Shown here: in pieces, positions 40,528-51,149 of the stretch | How positions within the stretch are numbered: position 1 is the first letter of the stretch | Layout of the letters: each line of letters starts with the position of its first letter | NCBI GenBank assembly: GCA_044229845.1 | Contig: JBGASG010000003.1 | Span: 64,001-128,000 of the forward strand | Direction: 5' to 3' | Origin: Candidatus Obscuribacteraceae bacterium | GTDB taxonomy: Bacteria > Cyanobacteriota > Vampirovibrionia > Obscuribacterales > Obscuribacteraceae | Length of the DNA stretch: 64,000 nt | The notes under the pieces: model-generated | The model's database searches: none | What the model was told of the DNA's origin: nothing | What the model saw: the letters and a program-made list of their open reading frames with translations, nothing else | Made by a program: the position numbers and the translations under genes

Positions 40528-41550
40528 ATGGCAAGAGTAGCAATCAATGGCTTTGGCAGAATCGGCAGAAACGCTCTGCGTGCCTATCTTCAGAACGGCA
40601 GCAAAGATGTCGAAATCGTCGCTATCAACGATCCACTGCAGGACACCGAAACTTCGGCGCACCTTCTCAAGTACGACTCTATTCTTGGCGAATTGAAAAA
40701 CGAAGTCAGCCATACCGCCGACTCGCTGGTCATTGATGGCAAGAAGATTGCTTTCTCTGCTGAAAAAGACCCTTCCACCTGCCCTTGGTCGAAACACAAT
40801 ATCGACATAGTCCTAGAGTGCAGCGGCGTTTTCACCGATGCCGACAAAGCCGGCGGACACATCAAAGCCGGTGCCAAGAAGGTGCTTATCTCCGCGCCTG
40901 CCAAAGGCGAAGATATCACGATCGTGCTTGGCGTCAACGACAAGAACTACGACCCACAGAAACACAACATCATCTCGAATGCCAGCTGCACCACCAACTG
41001 CCTGGGACCGGTAGCCAAAGTGCTGAACGACGTCTTCGGCATCGAAAGCGGCTTGATGACCACCATCCATAGCTACACCCTCGACCAGCGCCTGCTGGAC
41101 ACCTCTCACAAAGACATGCGTCGCGCCCGCGCCGCAGCCCTTTCGATGATTCCTTCCACCACCGGCGCCGCAAAAGCTATCGGTCTGGTGCTGCCCGAGT
41201 TGAAAGGCAAACTGAACGGTTTCGCAATGCGTGTCCCGACCCCGAACGTCAGTGTCGTCGACCTGGTCGTCACCACCAAGAAAGACGTCACCGTCGAGAG
41301 CGTCAACAAGGCACTCAAAGACGCAGCCGCTGGCGAACTGAAGAACATCATGCATGTCACCGACGTGCCGCTGGTTTCTATCGATTTTGCCGGTAACAAG
41401 CTCTCCTCGATCGTCGATGCCGACCTGACCATGGTCGTCGGCGAGCGCATGGTCAAAGTGCTTGCCTGGTACGACAACGAGTGGGGCTACAGCAATCGCT
41501 TGATCGAGCTGTGCACCATGGTCGCCAGCAAATTGATGGCGAAAGTGTAA
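40528..41550 (+). CDS. gap: Type I glyceraldehyde-3-phosphate dehydrogenase
   Basis: INGFGRIGR, NASCTTNCL, WYDNEWGY; AAGGAG RBS. Confidence 0.97.
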   Translation: MARVAINGFGRIGRNALRAYLQNGSKDVEIVAINDPLQDTETSAHLLKYDSILGELKNEVSHTADSLVIDGKKIAFSAEKDPSTCPWSKHNIDIVLECSGVFTDADKAGGHIKAGAKKVLISAPAKGEDITIVLGVNDKNYDPQKHNIISNASCTTNCLGPVAKVLNDVFGIESGLMTTIHSYTLDQRLLDTSHKDMRRARAAALSMIPSTTGAAKAIGLVLPELKGKLNGFAMRVPTPNVSVVDLVVTTKKDVTVESVNKALKDAAAGELKNIMHVTDVPLVSIDFAGNKLSSIVDADLTMVVGERMVKVLAWYDNEWGYSNRLIELCTMVASKLMAKV

Positions 41551-41568
41551 TCGTCTACACGATATTCG

Positions 41569-41595
41569 ATGCGCCCGGGAAACCGGGCGCATTTT
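41569..41595 (+). terminator. Intrinsic terminator/stabilising hairpin between gap and pgk
   Basis: ATGCGCCCGG-GAAA-CCGGGCGCAT-TTT. Confidence 0.75.
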
Positions 41596-41654
41596 GATTA
41601 GCAGCGTATTCGTATTTGATTGGCAGCGCGATTCTCACAGGGAGAACATCACCC

Positions 41655-42887
41655 ATGTCCAAGAAGCACAAGAAAACCATCGCCCAGGCCGGCAAGGATT
41701 TGTTCCGAGGAAAACGCGTGCTGGTGCGGGTTGACTTCAACGTTCCGCAGAACGAGGATGCAACCGTTGCCGACGACTCGCGCATCAGAGCCGCTCTGCC
41801 GACAATCAATTTTTTGAGCGAAGCCGGAGCTAAAGTCATTCTCGTTTCGCATCTGGGCAGGCCGAAAGGTAAATCCGTAAAGCTCAGCTTGAAGCCGATC
41901 GCCGACCACACATCGAGTAAGCTGCACGTCAAGGTTCATCACCTGGAGCACACGATCGGACCGGAAGTTGAGGCTCATATCAACGAAATGAAGGATGGCG
42001 ACATCGTTCTGCTCGAAAACGTGCGCTTCCACGAAGGCGAGGAAAAGAACGACCGCGAGTTCTCCAAACAGCTGGCGAAACTTGCCGACGTCTATGTCAA
42101 CGATGCCTTCGGAACCGCTCACCGCGCTCACTCGAGCACAGCCGGCGTGACAGAATTCGTGAAGCCGGCACTGGCCGGTTTCCTCCTGGACAAAGAAATC
42201 AAAGCGCTATCAGGCGTAGTCGATAATCCCAATCGCCCATTTGCCACTATTATTGGTGGCGCCAAAGTCAGTTCCAAAATCGGCGTTCTGGAAAACTTGA
42301 TTGACCGCGCCGATGTACTGGTCATCGGCGGCGCCATGGCGTTCACGTTCTTGAAGGCACAGGGACTGGAGATCGGCAAGTCGCTGGTGGAGCTAGATCG
42401 CGTCGATTTCTGCAAAGACCTGCTGGCGAAAGCCAAAGCCAAGGGCGTTAAGGTCATCCTCCCGGAAGACCTGGTCTGCGCCCCGGAACTAAAGCCCGGA
42501 CAGACGACGATTACCGTTCCCGCGAATCAGATTCCAGCCGATCAGATGGGGCTGGATGTAGGTCCCCTGACAGTTGCCGCTATCAAGAAGGAACTGGAAA
42601 CCTGCCACACTATTTTGTGGAACGGACCGCTGGGCGCTTTCGAAACGTCCGGCTTCGAAAACGGCACGTATGCACTGATCGATATTCTCGTCGAACTGAC
42701 GAAGGCAGGCGTGAAAACGATTATCGGCGGGGGTGATTCAGTAGCTGCTCTGGAAGAAAAGGGCATCGCCCCGGAAGCGTTCACCCATGTCTCCACCGGT
42801 GGTGGCGCTTCGCTGGAGTTTCTCGAAGGGCTGGAACTGCCTGGCGTCGCCTGCCTCGATCCGGCGGAAGGCGTGCCAGCCGTCTAG
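41655..42887 (+). CDS. pgk: Phosphoglycerate kinase
   Basis: RVDFNVP, SHLGRP, LENVRF, NDAFGTAHRAH, GGGDS, STGGGASLE. Confidence 0.97.
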   Translation: MSKKHKKTIAQAGKDLFRGKRVLVRVDFNVPQNEDATVADDSRIRAALPTINFLSEAGAKVILVSHLGRPKGKSVKLSLKPIADHTSSKLHVKVHHLEHTIGPEVEAHINEMKDGDIVLLENVRFHEGEEKNDREFSKQLAKLADVYVNDAFGTAHRAHSSTAGVTEFVKPALAGFLLDKEIKALSGVVDNPNRPFATIIGGAKVSSKIGVLENLIDRADVLVIGGAMAFTFLKAQGLEIGKSLVELDRVDFCKDLLAKAKAKGVKVILPEDLVCAPELKPGQTTITVPANQIPADQMGLDVGPLTVAAIKKELETCHTILWNGPLGAFETSGFENGTYALIDILVELTKAGVKTIIGGGDSVAALEEKGIAPEAFTHVSTGGGASLEFLEGLELPGVACLDPAEGVPAV

Positions 42888-42897
42888 AATTCAACTC

Positions 42898-44115
42898 ATG
42901 ACGGGAAGCTGCCTATTGATAAATCGATGCCTAGCTGTCGGGCTGGTTCTGTCCTTGGCTCCGTTTGCAGTGTTCTGTTCGCTGGCGTCGCCGGCGTCTG
43001 CACAACTCAGTATCAACGGTAAGAAGGTGACGCCGCAACAGTTTCATGGGGCGGAACTGGCTAACGAAGGCATCGTCCTCCTGCGCCAGAATCGCAACGC
43101 CGAAGCCGCGGAAAAGCTGCGCGAAGCAGTGATGCTCAACCCGAATCTGCCGGAAGCCTTTCACAATCTCGGTCTAGCTCTGGCCAAGTTAGGAGACACC
43201 GCCGGGGCGGTGCAGGCGCTGAATCAAGCGCGTTCGATGAAGGATCTGGACGCCACCTGGTTGACGCTGGGTGGGCTCTATCAGGCAAACGGACAGGTCT
43301 CCGATGCTCTCGCTCTGTACAGAGACTTTACGGTCAAGTTTCCGAACCATCCGATGGTGCAAAGCGGAAAGCTCGAGAGTCTGATACGCGGGCTTGAGCG
43401 CGAGAAAAATGGCGGTGCCGGCGCTCCCTCAGGCACCGGCAGTCCCAGTGCTACCGCAACCGGCGATGATTATCTGGCTCAGGCAACTCGGTCCGGAATT
43501 GTTCGCTGGCCGGCCCAGCGCATGCCCATTCGCATCTTCATCAAAGATGGCAGCCGGGTGCCGGGTTATCAGAGCGACTTCAACGGCATTCTTCGGCAGT
43601 CCTTCGAGGATTGGTCGCGTGCATCAGGTGGTCTGGTTCGCTTTGATACCGCCAGTAGTGCGGACCAGGCCGACATAGTCTGCACGTGGATCGCCGACCC
43701 ACAGCTGCTGGCGAACAAAGCGGAGGCCGGAGAGGCGCACATATACGGAAAACGCGCCAATGCTCCAACCGCAGCAGCAGCCGGCACCACAAACGGTGCC
43801 AGTGCGGCAGGAAACAGTGCGGCAGGAAACACCACGGCAGGAAACACCGCAGATAGCGCGACTGCAGCGGGTTCCGATATAAACCGCGGAACTATTTTGC
43901 TGCTTACGCAACCCTTGTCACCAGGTCTGCCCGTCACTCGCAACAGCATCAGACTTCTTTGCCTGCACGAAATCGGGCATGTGCTGGGGCTCACAGGGCA
44001 CACGATCGTGCCGTCAGACATCATGTTCTACTCAGCAGTGTCTTATAAGGATGAATGGCGTTACCTCAGTCCCCGTGATGCCAAAACCATTACTCGCCTA
44101 TACTCATCTCAATGA
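42898..44115 (+). CDS. Exported TPR + matrixin (M10-like) zinc metalloprotease
   Basis: Signal peptide, TPRs, RW....P..I.I, HEIGHVLGLTGH, DIMF Met-turn. Confidence 0.88.
   Translation: MTGSCLLINRCLAVGLVLSLAPFAVFCSLASPASAQLSINGKKVTPQQFHGAELANEGIVLLRQNRNAEAAEKLREAVMLNPNLPEAFHNLGLALAKLGDTAGAVQALNQARSMKDLDATWLTLGGLYQANGQVSDALALYRDFTVKFPNHPMVQSGKLESLIRGLEREKNGGAGAPSGTGSPSATATGDDYLAQATRSGIVRWPAQRMPIRIFIKDGSRVPGYQSDFNGILRQSFEDWSRASGGLVRFDTASSADQADIVCTWIADPQLLANKAEAGEAHIYGKRANAPTAAAAGTTNGASAAGNSAAGNTTAGNTADSATAAGSDINRGTILLLTQPLSPGLPVTRNSIRLLCLHEIGHVLGLTGHTIVPSDIMFYSAVSYKDEWRYLSPRDAKTITRLYSSQ
43801..43845 (+). repeat. In-frame 15-bp repeat x3 in protease linker
   Basis: AGTGCGGCAGGAAAC x2 + ACCACGGCAGGAAAC (SAAGN/TTAGN). 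Confidence 0.8.
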
Positions 44116-45011
44116 GTGCGAACGACTGTCACGATCAACCACACGCTCCGGCTCCCCGCCAAGAAAGCAGAAGCCGCCTGACGCTGGTTCTCTCTATGAC
44201 CAGCGTGTTCATGCTGGTAGAGTTAATCGCAGGCTGGTACACACATTCGCTGGCGCTGATGGCGGATGCCGGTCACATGCTCAGCGACGTCGCTTCTATA
44301 TGCCTGGCGCTGTTGGCGATCTGGTTCGCCACCCGTCCTCCGACCTCCGATAAAAGCTACGGCTATTACCGAACAGAGATTCTGGCGAGCTTAATCAACG
44401 GGGTCCTGCTGGTCGTTGTTTCCCTGGGAATCTTCTTCGAAGCCTATCGGCGCATCGGTTCGCCGCCGGAGGTGAGCACGGGTCCCATGCTGGTCGTGGC
44501 TCTAATTGGTCTGGGAATCAACATAGCATCCATAAAACTGCTCCATGAAGTGCAGCACGATTCCGTCAACGTTAAGGCGGCGTACCTCGAGGTGCTCTCC
44601 GACCTGGCTGGATCTGCCGGCGTCCTTGTGGCCGCCATCGTCATCATGTTCACCGGCTGGCAAATAGTCGATCCCATCATCAGTTCAGTAATCGGACTTT
44701 TGATTCTGCCGAGAACCTGGTTATTACTGGCAGAGGCAACCAACGTCCTGATGGAAGGCACACCAGGACACATCGACCTCGATAGCCTGCGGGATAAGTT
44801 CGCATCAGTGGAGGGTGTCGTGGACGTCCACGACATTCACGTCTGGAGCATCACTTCCGGACTCGAAGCCATGTCCGGACATATAGCCATCCGTCCGGGC
44901 GCCAACGCCAAGGACGTGCTCTCAGCCGTCACTCAGATTGCGCGCCAGGACTTCGGAATCCAGCACACAACCATTCAAATAGATGAACAAGACCCCCAGG
45001 ACTCTAAATAG
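44112..45011 (+). CDS. Cation diffusion facilitator (CzcD/ZitB-like) transporter
   Basis: SLALMADAGHMLSD, SYGYYR.EIL, HDIHVWSI, HTTIQ. Confidence 0.93.
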   Translation: MSANDCHDQPHAPAPRQESRSRLTLVLSMTSVFMLVELIAGWYTHSLALMADAGHMLSDVASICLALLAIWFATRPPTSDKSYGYYRTEILASLINGVLLVVVSLGIFFEAYRRIGSPPEVSTGPMLVVALIGLGINIASIKLLHEVQHDSVNVKAAYLEVLSDLAGSAGVLVAAIVIMFTGWQIVDPIISSVIGLLILPRTWLLLAEATNVLMEGTPGHIDLDSLRDKFASVEGVVDVHDIHVWSITSGLEAMSGHIAIRPGANAKDVLSAVTQIARQDFGIQHTTIQIDEQDPQDSK

Positions 45012-45023
45012 GGTACCTGAGGG

Positions 45024-45081
45024 TTGAAGTGATATCACTCTGGTTCAAGCGGACTGCTGGGCTGAAGTGATATCACTCTGA
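45024..45081. repeat. 20-bp palindrome cluster (2 copies)
   Basis: TGAAGTGATATCACTCTG twice, 38-bp period. Confidence 0.9.
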
Positions 45082-45275
45082 CGTTGGGGGAGAAACGGGA
45101 ACTGGCGGGGCGAAATTGCCGCCTACACACCAGTGGCGATTTTTGGACACATCGAGATGGGAGATTTACGAATGGGTTGGGAAATCTCCCAATTGTTTAT
45201 CAAGGGGCAGATTCTTAAACTGTTCACATTCGAGAAAGCGCCAGTGGCGCAGTTCAAGGTAAGCAGGAGCCAGCA

Positions 45276-45512
45276 ATGAGCATGTTTCAAGATCCTCAAG
45301 ACGAAGAAAAACTCTGCCAAGTACTGAAGGCTTATGTGGAAGAGTGGGGACCTGAAAATGTAGTCGTGTCGGTTCCGATGCACTGGAGAGAATATAGCGG
45401 CAACACTCTCGGCCGCGTCCGTCTGGAGTTCACAACTGAGCGCTCGGTCTGCATTCGCGTCGAATATGAATGCGTGCGCTTGAACTACGACGTCCAGCTA
45501 CAGATGGTGTAG
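45276..45512 (+). CDS. Small hypothetical protein
   Basis: AGGAG RBS, globular-looking 78 aa. Confidence 0.65.
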   Translation: MSMFQDPQDEEKLCQVLKAYVEEWGPENVVVSVPMHWREYSGNTLGRVRLEFTTERSVCIRVEYECVRLNYDVQLQMV

Positions 45513-45597
45513 CAAAAGTTTCCTTGCGCCTTCCTCCTGTCAGCAAGTCTCTCCAATCGGGGAGGCTTTCTGGCTTTTTGGCACAGCACTACGAGCA

Positions 45598-46905
45598 TTA
45601 CGGAAGCGGTTGCTCGTGAAGAACCCGTCGGGTGATGGGATCGATCCAGACAAGTTTCCGTTTGAGTTTCGGATATTCGACCTCGAACGCGAAGTAGATC
45701 TGTCGCTGGGAGCCCGGCTCGATGTGGAAAATCGTTTCCGCTCTCTCGTCGCTGTCGGTGACAACCGAGTGGCGCTTACCGTTATCGTCAATCATGAAGA
45801 GATCCATTGAACGCAAATCACGGTCTGTCTCATTCAGGACTACGGCTTTGATTCGCAGTTGGTGCCCATCCAATCCATCCTTCATCAGCTTGCTCTTCAG
45901 GATGTGAATCTCCAGACCTTCGAGTTTGGGTGGCTCTTTCTTGACGGTAGGAGCCGTCGCCGCAGGGATAAGCAAATCGCTGTCAAAGTGCATGTTCAAG
46001 TCGTCGCCCGGCTCCAGAACAGCTTTCTTGCCCTTGGTCCACAGCGCGATTGCGATTCCGACCGCGGCACCAGCCGCGGCGCCGCCTGCAATGTTATATC
46101 CGTGCATGGCAATTGTCTGTTCCAAACCAAAAATCTTGTATGCGACCAACGCCCCAACGATGGCGCCGCCAGCTGCGTGCGCAGCGATTCGACCGGCTCC
46201 GCGTGCTTTGGTTTTCCAGGTGGATTTCTGCTTGCTGTCCGCCGCCACGTGGAACTTGAAAGTACGCCCATCCGGTGTAGTGAACGTATTGAACTCCAGG
46301 GCGTAGGCGCCAGGTCTGCCTACGCGACGGGGCGGGAATACTTGGGAGACTCTGCCTTTGAACACGGTGCCGGCAGGGATTACCTTATTGTCATCAACAT
46401 AGATGTCTTCGGTGACCTTGGCTGTGACAGGCGCATTCATTTTGGCAGGAAGCAAATTGCCTTCCAGGTCTCTGTTCATAAGATTCATTTTGAACAGAGG
46501 CACGGTCGCCAGTTTCATTTTGATCGGCGTGCCCATGGGCACGCAGTAATTCACCTGTCCTTTGAGCATCGGCTGCGGGGGGCGAGCGGCGCCGGTCGGT
46601 TGACCAGCCACTGGCGGCAAAACCGGTTCGGCAATCAGCGTTGGTGGTGTGGCGTCTGGCAAAGCCGTTTCAGCAACGGGCGACTCAGCCTGCAGTTTTC
46701 CTGGTATGGCAGCCATGGGCGTCACGACTTCCACTGATTCCGGCTGGGGGGCGGCCGCTTCTTGCGCAATCACCGCAGGCGCCATGCAACCAAATATGGT
46801 GGCAAGCAACGCCAACATTGCCGCCAGCCGCTGATGCGAAATTCGCCATGTCTGTTTCAGAGCCACAGGTGTCTCCCCTTGCCTTCTTGATGAGTATAGC
46901 GGCAC
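45598..46905 (-). CDS. Exported protein with TrbI/VirB10-like domain and glycine-zipper
   Basis: Signal peptide, VPMGTPIK, IPAGTVFKGRV, AAGGAIVGA..GGAAAGAAVG; start uncertain. Confidence 0.78.
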   Translation of the reverse strand: MPLYSSRRQGETPVALKQTWRISHQRLAAMLALLATIFGCMAPAVIAQEAAAPQPESVEVVTPMAAIPGKLQAESPVAETALPDATPPTLIAEPVLPPVAGQPTGAARPPQPMLKGQVNYCVPMGTPIKMKLATVPLFKMNLMNRDLEGNLLPAKMNAPVTAKVTEDIYVDDNKVIPAGTVFKGRVSQVFPPRRVGRPGAYALEFNTFTTPDGRTFKFHVAADSKQKSTWKTKARGAGRIAAHAAGGAIVGALVAYKIFGLEQTIAMHGYNIAGGAAAGAAVGIAIALWTKGKKAVLEPGDDLNMHFDSDLLIPAATAPTVKKEPPKLEGLEIHILKSKLMKDGLDGHQLRIKAVVLNETDRDLRSMDLFMIDDNGKRHSVVTDSDERAETIFHIEPGSQRQIYFAFEVEYPKLKRKLVWIDPITRRVLHEQPLP

Positions 46906-47298
46906 CGCACTTCCCAGGCACCGCGTTCTGTTAATTTCAAAGCTGCCAAGAGCTCATCGCCGCAGCACCGCGGAACATCCCCGCGGAAGCCAACGACATT
47001 CCCTCCGGCGGATGGCAAGCAGGCGCAAAGATCAAATCTCACCTCGAATCACAAATAGTGCACGCAAAGTGAGCATCAAGCATCATGTCAAGCGACACTA
47101 ATCAAGGTCAATTTTTTTCGCACTCCCCTGGCAGACAAACTGAAGTCCTGGCGCGATCGCAAAAATGTGCCCGAGAAGCCAACTAAATTCTGGGACCGTT
47201 ACCTGGGCAAACTGAAGCGCTCCCTCGAATGCCTGGAAACTTCGAATTTCAAGCACTGGTAAGCCATCCGAAGCCACAGCCCGACCGCCCGCCGCGGA

Positions 47299-47368
47299 CT
47301 GAAGCGATATCACTTTAACGCCGAAGCGATATCACTCCAGTGTCGAGGCTGAGGTGATATCGCTTCGG
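47299..47368. repeat. 20-bp palindrome cluster (3 copies)
   Basis: Cores at 47304, 47326, 47354. Confidence 0.9.
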
Positions 47369-47512
47369 CGTTGGGACGGAATGGACCCATTTTGGAGGAC
47401 AGTTAATTTGCGCGTTGCCAAGAATATATCTATCATATGTCTTGGCATTGACGCATCGGAACAGCTGCTGGCAACACCGCAGTTGTTATCACTTTTGTCG
47501 CTGGTATGGGAA

Positions 47513-47770
47513 ATGACTGAAAATCACGACTCGGCTCGCACGCCGTTTACTTCTAAAATGCGCTCGGTGCGGGAACGATATGAACGCATCGCCAGCGAAG
47601 ATCGCAAATCAGAACAGGTTTTCTGGATGCAGACCACGGGTAAGTTGCGCTGTCAGAATGTCATCAGAGCGCACATCCACTGGTTTCCTCCCGAATCCAA
47701 TTACGCCGCCATGTCAGAACCGAGTGTCATTGATCCGGCGGAACTGGCATGGCTGCTGGTCAAGAGCTAG
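47513..47770 (+). CDS. Small hypothetical protein
   Basis: Protein-like composition from ATG 47513; fills gap to convergent kinase. Confidence 0.45.
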   Translation: MTENHDSARTPFTSKMRSVRERYERIASEDRKSEQVFWMQTTGKLRCQNVIRAHIHWFPPESNYAAMSEPSVIDPAELAWLLVKS

Positions 47771-47798
47771 TCACTGCTGATTCAGAGCTAACCAACCT

Positions 47799-49349
47799 TC
47801 ATTTGTTTGAAGTGGATTTGTGCAGAAAACGTGCAGCGAGCTCGTACAGATCAGCGCGCAAATCCTGCACCTGACTGTAGCGTAATTCAAGATCAAGCGC
47901 TGTAGCATGCGCCACCACATTATCGATGTCACCGGATAGTGCATCGTTGAGTTTTTTGGGGTGAGCGGTGGTGATCGGCTCCGGTTCTTCGCCGGTGATC
48001 AGATAGAACAGCGAGGCACCAAGCGCGTAGATGTCGCTCTGGGGACAAGCCTTGCCTCTGAACTGCTCCGGAGGGATGTACGAGTGCTTGCCCACTACAG
48101 TGCGGGTTGCGGTCGAATGCAACTGCTGCGCCACGTTGAAATCGATCAATACCAGTTCACCGGTCGGAGAAAGAATCAAGTTCTCGGGAGTAAAGTCGCG
48201 ATGCACCACTGGTGGTGACTGCATGTGCAAATGTTCCAACATGTCGCACATCTGAATGCCCAGTTCAACGACTCGCTCTTCACTAAACTTGCCGCTCGCT
48301 TGCACCAGTTCTTTGAGAGAGTTTCCCGGCACATGTTGGAGCACCAGATACGCACGCTGATCGTCGACGAAGAGGTCGACCAGGCGCACTATCTGAGGAT
48401 GCTGCAGTTTCCTCAAGAGCTCCGCTTCGCGGTCGATGTTGTCCAGAGCTTTCTTCACTACCGAAAGTCCAGCGTAGTAAGGCAGACAAAACTCCTTCAG
48501 CACGACATCCATTTCAGGACTGTCGATCGCAAATGAACCGGCTCTAGCTCTAGCCAGATATGCGGTTCCCTGCCCACCGGAACCGATACGATCGACGATC
48601 TCGTAGCGGTCATTTCCGATCGAGGCACCAGCGGTGAGAACATCTTCCCGAATGCGTTTACGCCCGCCGGAAAGGACCTCCAGCCAGAGTGTCGTGTAGT
48701 TGTCCACGCGGATCGGATTGAGCGTATCGTGCAGTGCCCAGTCGGCTCGGTCGGCAGGTACGTATTCCTTGAGCACGGTGTGCAGGCGCTTGCGATGCTC
48801 GCCACTGGCAATGCCTTCCAGGTGCAGGTAGAACTCCTTAGATCTGCCACCGTTCCAGTATTTGAAAAAGGTGCGCTTGATCTTCGGGTTCAAGGTCTGG
48901 TCATCGATCTGAAAGCGCAGCTGCGTTTCGGTGGTGGCGAAGTTTCTGCGCCGAACTACTGAGAGGCTTTCGATCTTGTTCCAGGGCAGGTAGAGAGTGC
49001 TTTTGTCACCGAACCACCTTATCCAGTAAAGCCGCAATCCCTTCTCGCTGAACCCCAGATGGGTTGGCTGAATGGCGCTGTAAATCGGCACGGCAGCTGC
49101 CAGCAAACAAGCCAGCATCGGCATGAAGAGAAACCACACCGGCGACCCGGTAACCAGCGCGATGAAAATAGCCAGCACAGACAGACAGCCTTGAAAGAAA
49201 GTGTCGTGCCGCAACACGACCTGCAACCGCCTTTGCAGAGCCTTTTCCGGCTTATATGGAATTACGATTTCATCGAAACGCTGGCCGTCATAGAGGCGAT
49301 ACGCAACAAAGTATTTGTATGCTAGTGAGGTTTCCAGCGGAGCCTTCAT
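47799..49349 (-). CDS. Membrane Ser/Thr protein kinase (C-terminal kinase domain)
   Basis: 2 N-terminal TMs, GSGGQG, VVLKE, HRDFTPEN, DFN, PPEQ. Confidence 0.92.
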   Translation of the reverse strand: MKAPLETSLAYKYFVAYRLYDGQRFDEIVIPYKPEKALQRRLQVVLRHDTFFQGCLSVLAIFIALVTGSPVWFLFMPMLACLLAAAVPIYSAIQPTHLGFSEKGLRLYWIRWFGDKSTLYLPWNKIESLSVVRRRNFATTETQLRFQIDDQTLNPKIKRTFFKYWNGGRSKEFYLHLEGIASGEHRKRLHTVLKEYVPADRADWALHDTLNPIRVDNYTTLWLEVLSGGRKRIREDVLTAGASIGNDRYEIVDRIGSGGQGTAYLARARAGSFAIDSPEMDVVLKEFCLPYYAGLSVVKKALDNIDREAELLRKLQHPQIVRLVDLFVDDQRAYLVLQHVPGNSLKELVQASGKFSEERVVELGIQMCDMLEHLHMQSPPVVHRDFTPENLILSPTGELVLIDFNVAQQLHSTATRTVVGKHSYIPPEQFRGKACPQSDIYALGASLFYLITGEEPEPITTAHPKKLNDALSGDIDNVVAHATALDLELRYSQVQDLRADLYELAARFLHKSTSNK

Positions 49350-50974
49350 GCGTGTTCTTTCTGCCTCTGCGGCGTCTTGATCGTCTGTCCTTCGTCCGTC
49401 TCCGCATGGGGGAGCTTTTCTATAGTTTCGATCAAAGAGTCGGCGCTGGAAATACGATCGCTAACTTCTGTGCGCGTCAAGGAAGCTATAAAGTCATCGA
49501 GCCAGCCAGGACACTTGCCCGACCAAACCTTTGGATGAGACTCGGACAACGGCTCTGGTTCATCGCCGGTCAGCAGGAAATAGAGCGTTCCGCCCAGACC
49601 ATAAATGTCGCTGGCAGGTCCGGCTTTGCCACGAAACTGTTCTGGCGCAATGTAGCATTGCTTGCCGATCAGGGTTCCGGTTGCCGTACCTACAAACTCG
49701 TTCGCAGCACCGAAGTCAATCAGAAACAGCTTCCCGTCTTCGCGCAAGACGAGGTTGTCGGGGCTGATATCCCGGTGAATAATCGGTGGCGACTGATCGT
49801 GGAGATACTTCAAAATTTTGGCAATCTCTAAGGCCCAGTGCAATACTTGTTCCTGGCTTTGGGGACCGTTCATCGCGACAAGCTGACGCAGACTCTGTCC
49901 GCGAATGTATTCCAGAACCAAATAGTCACGCCCACCTTCTACGAAGTGGTCGGACACCCGAGCTATCCTCGGATGCTCGAGGCGGAGAAGCAACCGAGCT
50001 TCACGCTCGAACATCTCCTTCGCTTTCTCCTTCGCGGTATCATCAGCGGTGACTGGCACCACAGCTTCCTTCAAAACCACGAGGCGCTTATCCGGCATTT
50101 CCGCCAGATAAATTGCTGAGAGCCCGCCAGCCGCCAGTTGCGACAGGACCTTAAACCGTCCATTTTGCAGGGACCGACCTTTGTCGAGCGGCATGAAAGT
50201 AGTGGCAGTGAAGTGCGCCTGCAGGTCCTCTTCCCACAAGGTCGTAAATGACGAATGCTGCTGTTTCTTCGGACCACTGAACAGTTTGCGCTTCAGATCA
50301 ATTAACTCAGGAGCCAGCACGGCTGTGCTTCCCCAGTGCTTGGCGGCTTTGAAGAAATTCTCCAGATCGGACATAGCCAGGTCTTGCAGATTGATGCGAG
50401 CGGTACCGCCACTGGTGAAATAGAAAACCATCTGGCGATCTTCCAGTTCGCGAGTGACGTCCTTGCCACCAATCCTGTGCTTGCCCGAGGTGAACGAAAG
50501 CTGTTCATCAGTCAATCCAACTGCACCGATGTCGTTCCAGGATCGCTGACGACGAAACAATAGCGGCACCCACATGTGGGCAGGAAAGGTCAAACCGGTC
50601 TGCCTCAGACGTATCCGTTTCTCTCTCATGAGTGCAGCCAGCCAACCGAAAGCTCCCGCGGCAACCAGAAAGCATCCCAGGGAGAAACCATGCTGCAGGA
50701 GAAGTTCTTCGTTGGTGACATACGAACGGGTGGCCGCCGGATCGTGTGTAGTGATCCGCCGCTTGGTGAAGATTGAGCCGACATCAAATGGTCTGCCCTG
50801 CTCCTGTTCTGATGAGGCGCTCAAACTGAGCGGGCGGGCGCCTGACAGATGTCCGCCGATGTCATAAGCAAGCATTCCCGAGTAGACAAGACAGCCCAAA
50901 CCAAAGGCCAGCAACCCATTCACCAGCCAACCCGGAGCCCGTTTGTACTGAAGGGAAAACTCCTGTTGTCTCAC
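49346..50974 (-). CDS. Membrane Ser/Thr protein kinase (C-terminal kinase domain)
   Basis: 2 TMs, VVLKE, HRDISPDN, DFG, APEQ; ATGA overlap with the next kinase. Confidence 0.92.
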   Translation of the reverse strand: MRQQEFSLQYKRAPGWLVNGLLAFGLGCLVYSGMLAYDIGGHLSGARPLSLSASSEQEQGRPFDVGSIFTKRRITTHDPAATRSYVTNEELLLQHGFSLGCFLVAAGAFGWLAALMREKRIRLRQTGLTFPAHMWVPLLFRRQRSWNDIGAVGLTDEQLSFTSGKHRIGGKDVTRELEDRQMVFYFTSGGTARINLQDLAMSDLENFFKAAKHWGSTAVLAPELIDLKRKLFSGPKKQQHSSFTTLWEEDLQAHFTATTFMPLDKGRSLQNGRFKVLSQLAAGGLSAIYLAEMPDKRLVVLKEAVVPVTADDTAKEKAKEMFEREARLLLRLEHPRIARVSDHFVEGGRDYLVLEYIRGQSLRQLVAMNGPQSQEQVLHWALEIAKILKYLHDQSPPIIHRDISPDNLVLREDGKLFLIDFGAANEFVGTATGTLIGKQCYIAPEQFRGKAGPASDIYGLGGTLYFLLTGDEPEPLSESHPKVWSGKCPGWLDDFIASLTRTEVSDRISSADSLIETIEKLPHAETDEGQTIKTPQRQKEHA

Positions 50975-51058
50975 AACGCCCCTACCTGAGCGTAACTGCT
51001 CGGCCAGACCAAGCTATCAGTGAGATACCCAGCCAGAAAGCCTACCTAATCAGTAAAA

Positions 51059-51119
51059 CTGGAGTGATATCGCTTCAACTTATCAGGAGCTTGGCGAAAC
51101 TGAAGTGATATCACTCCAG
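51059..51119. repeat. 20-bp palindrome cluster (2 copies)
   Basis: Cores at 51064 and 51105. Confidence 0.9.
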
Positions 51120-51149
51120 CTTGAGCATGCCCTCAGGTGGCACTGGCGC

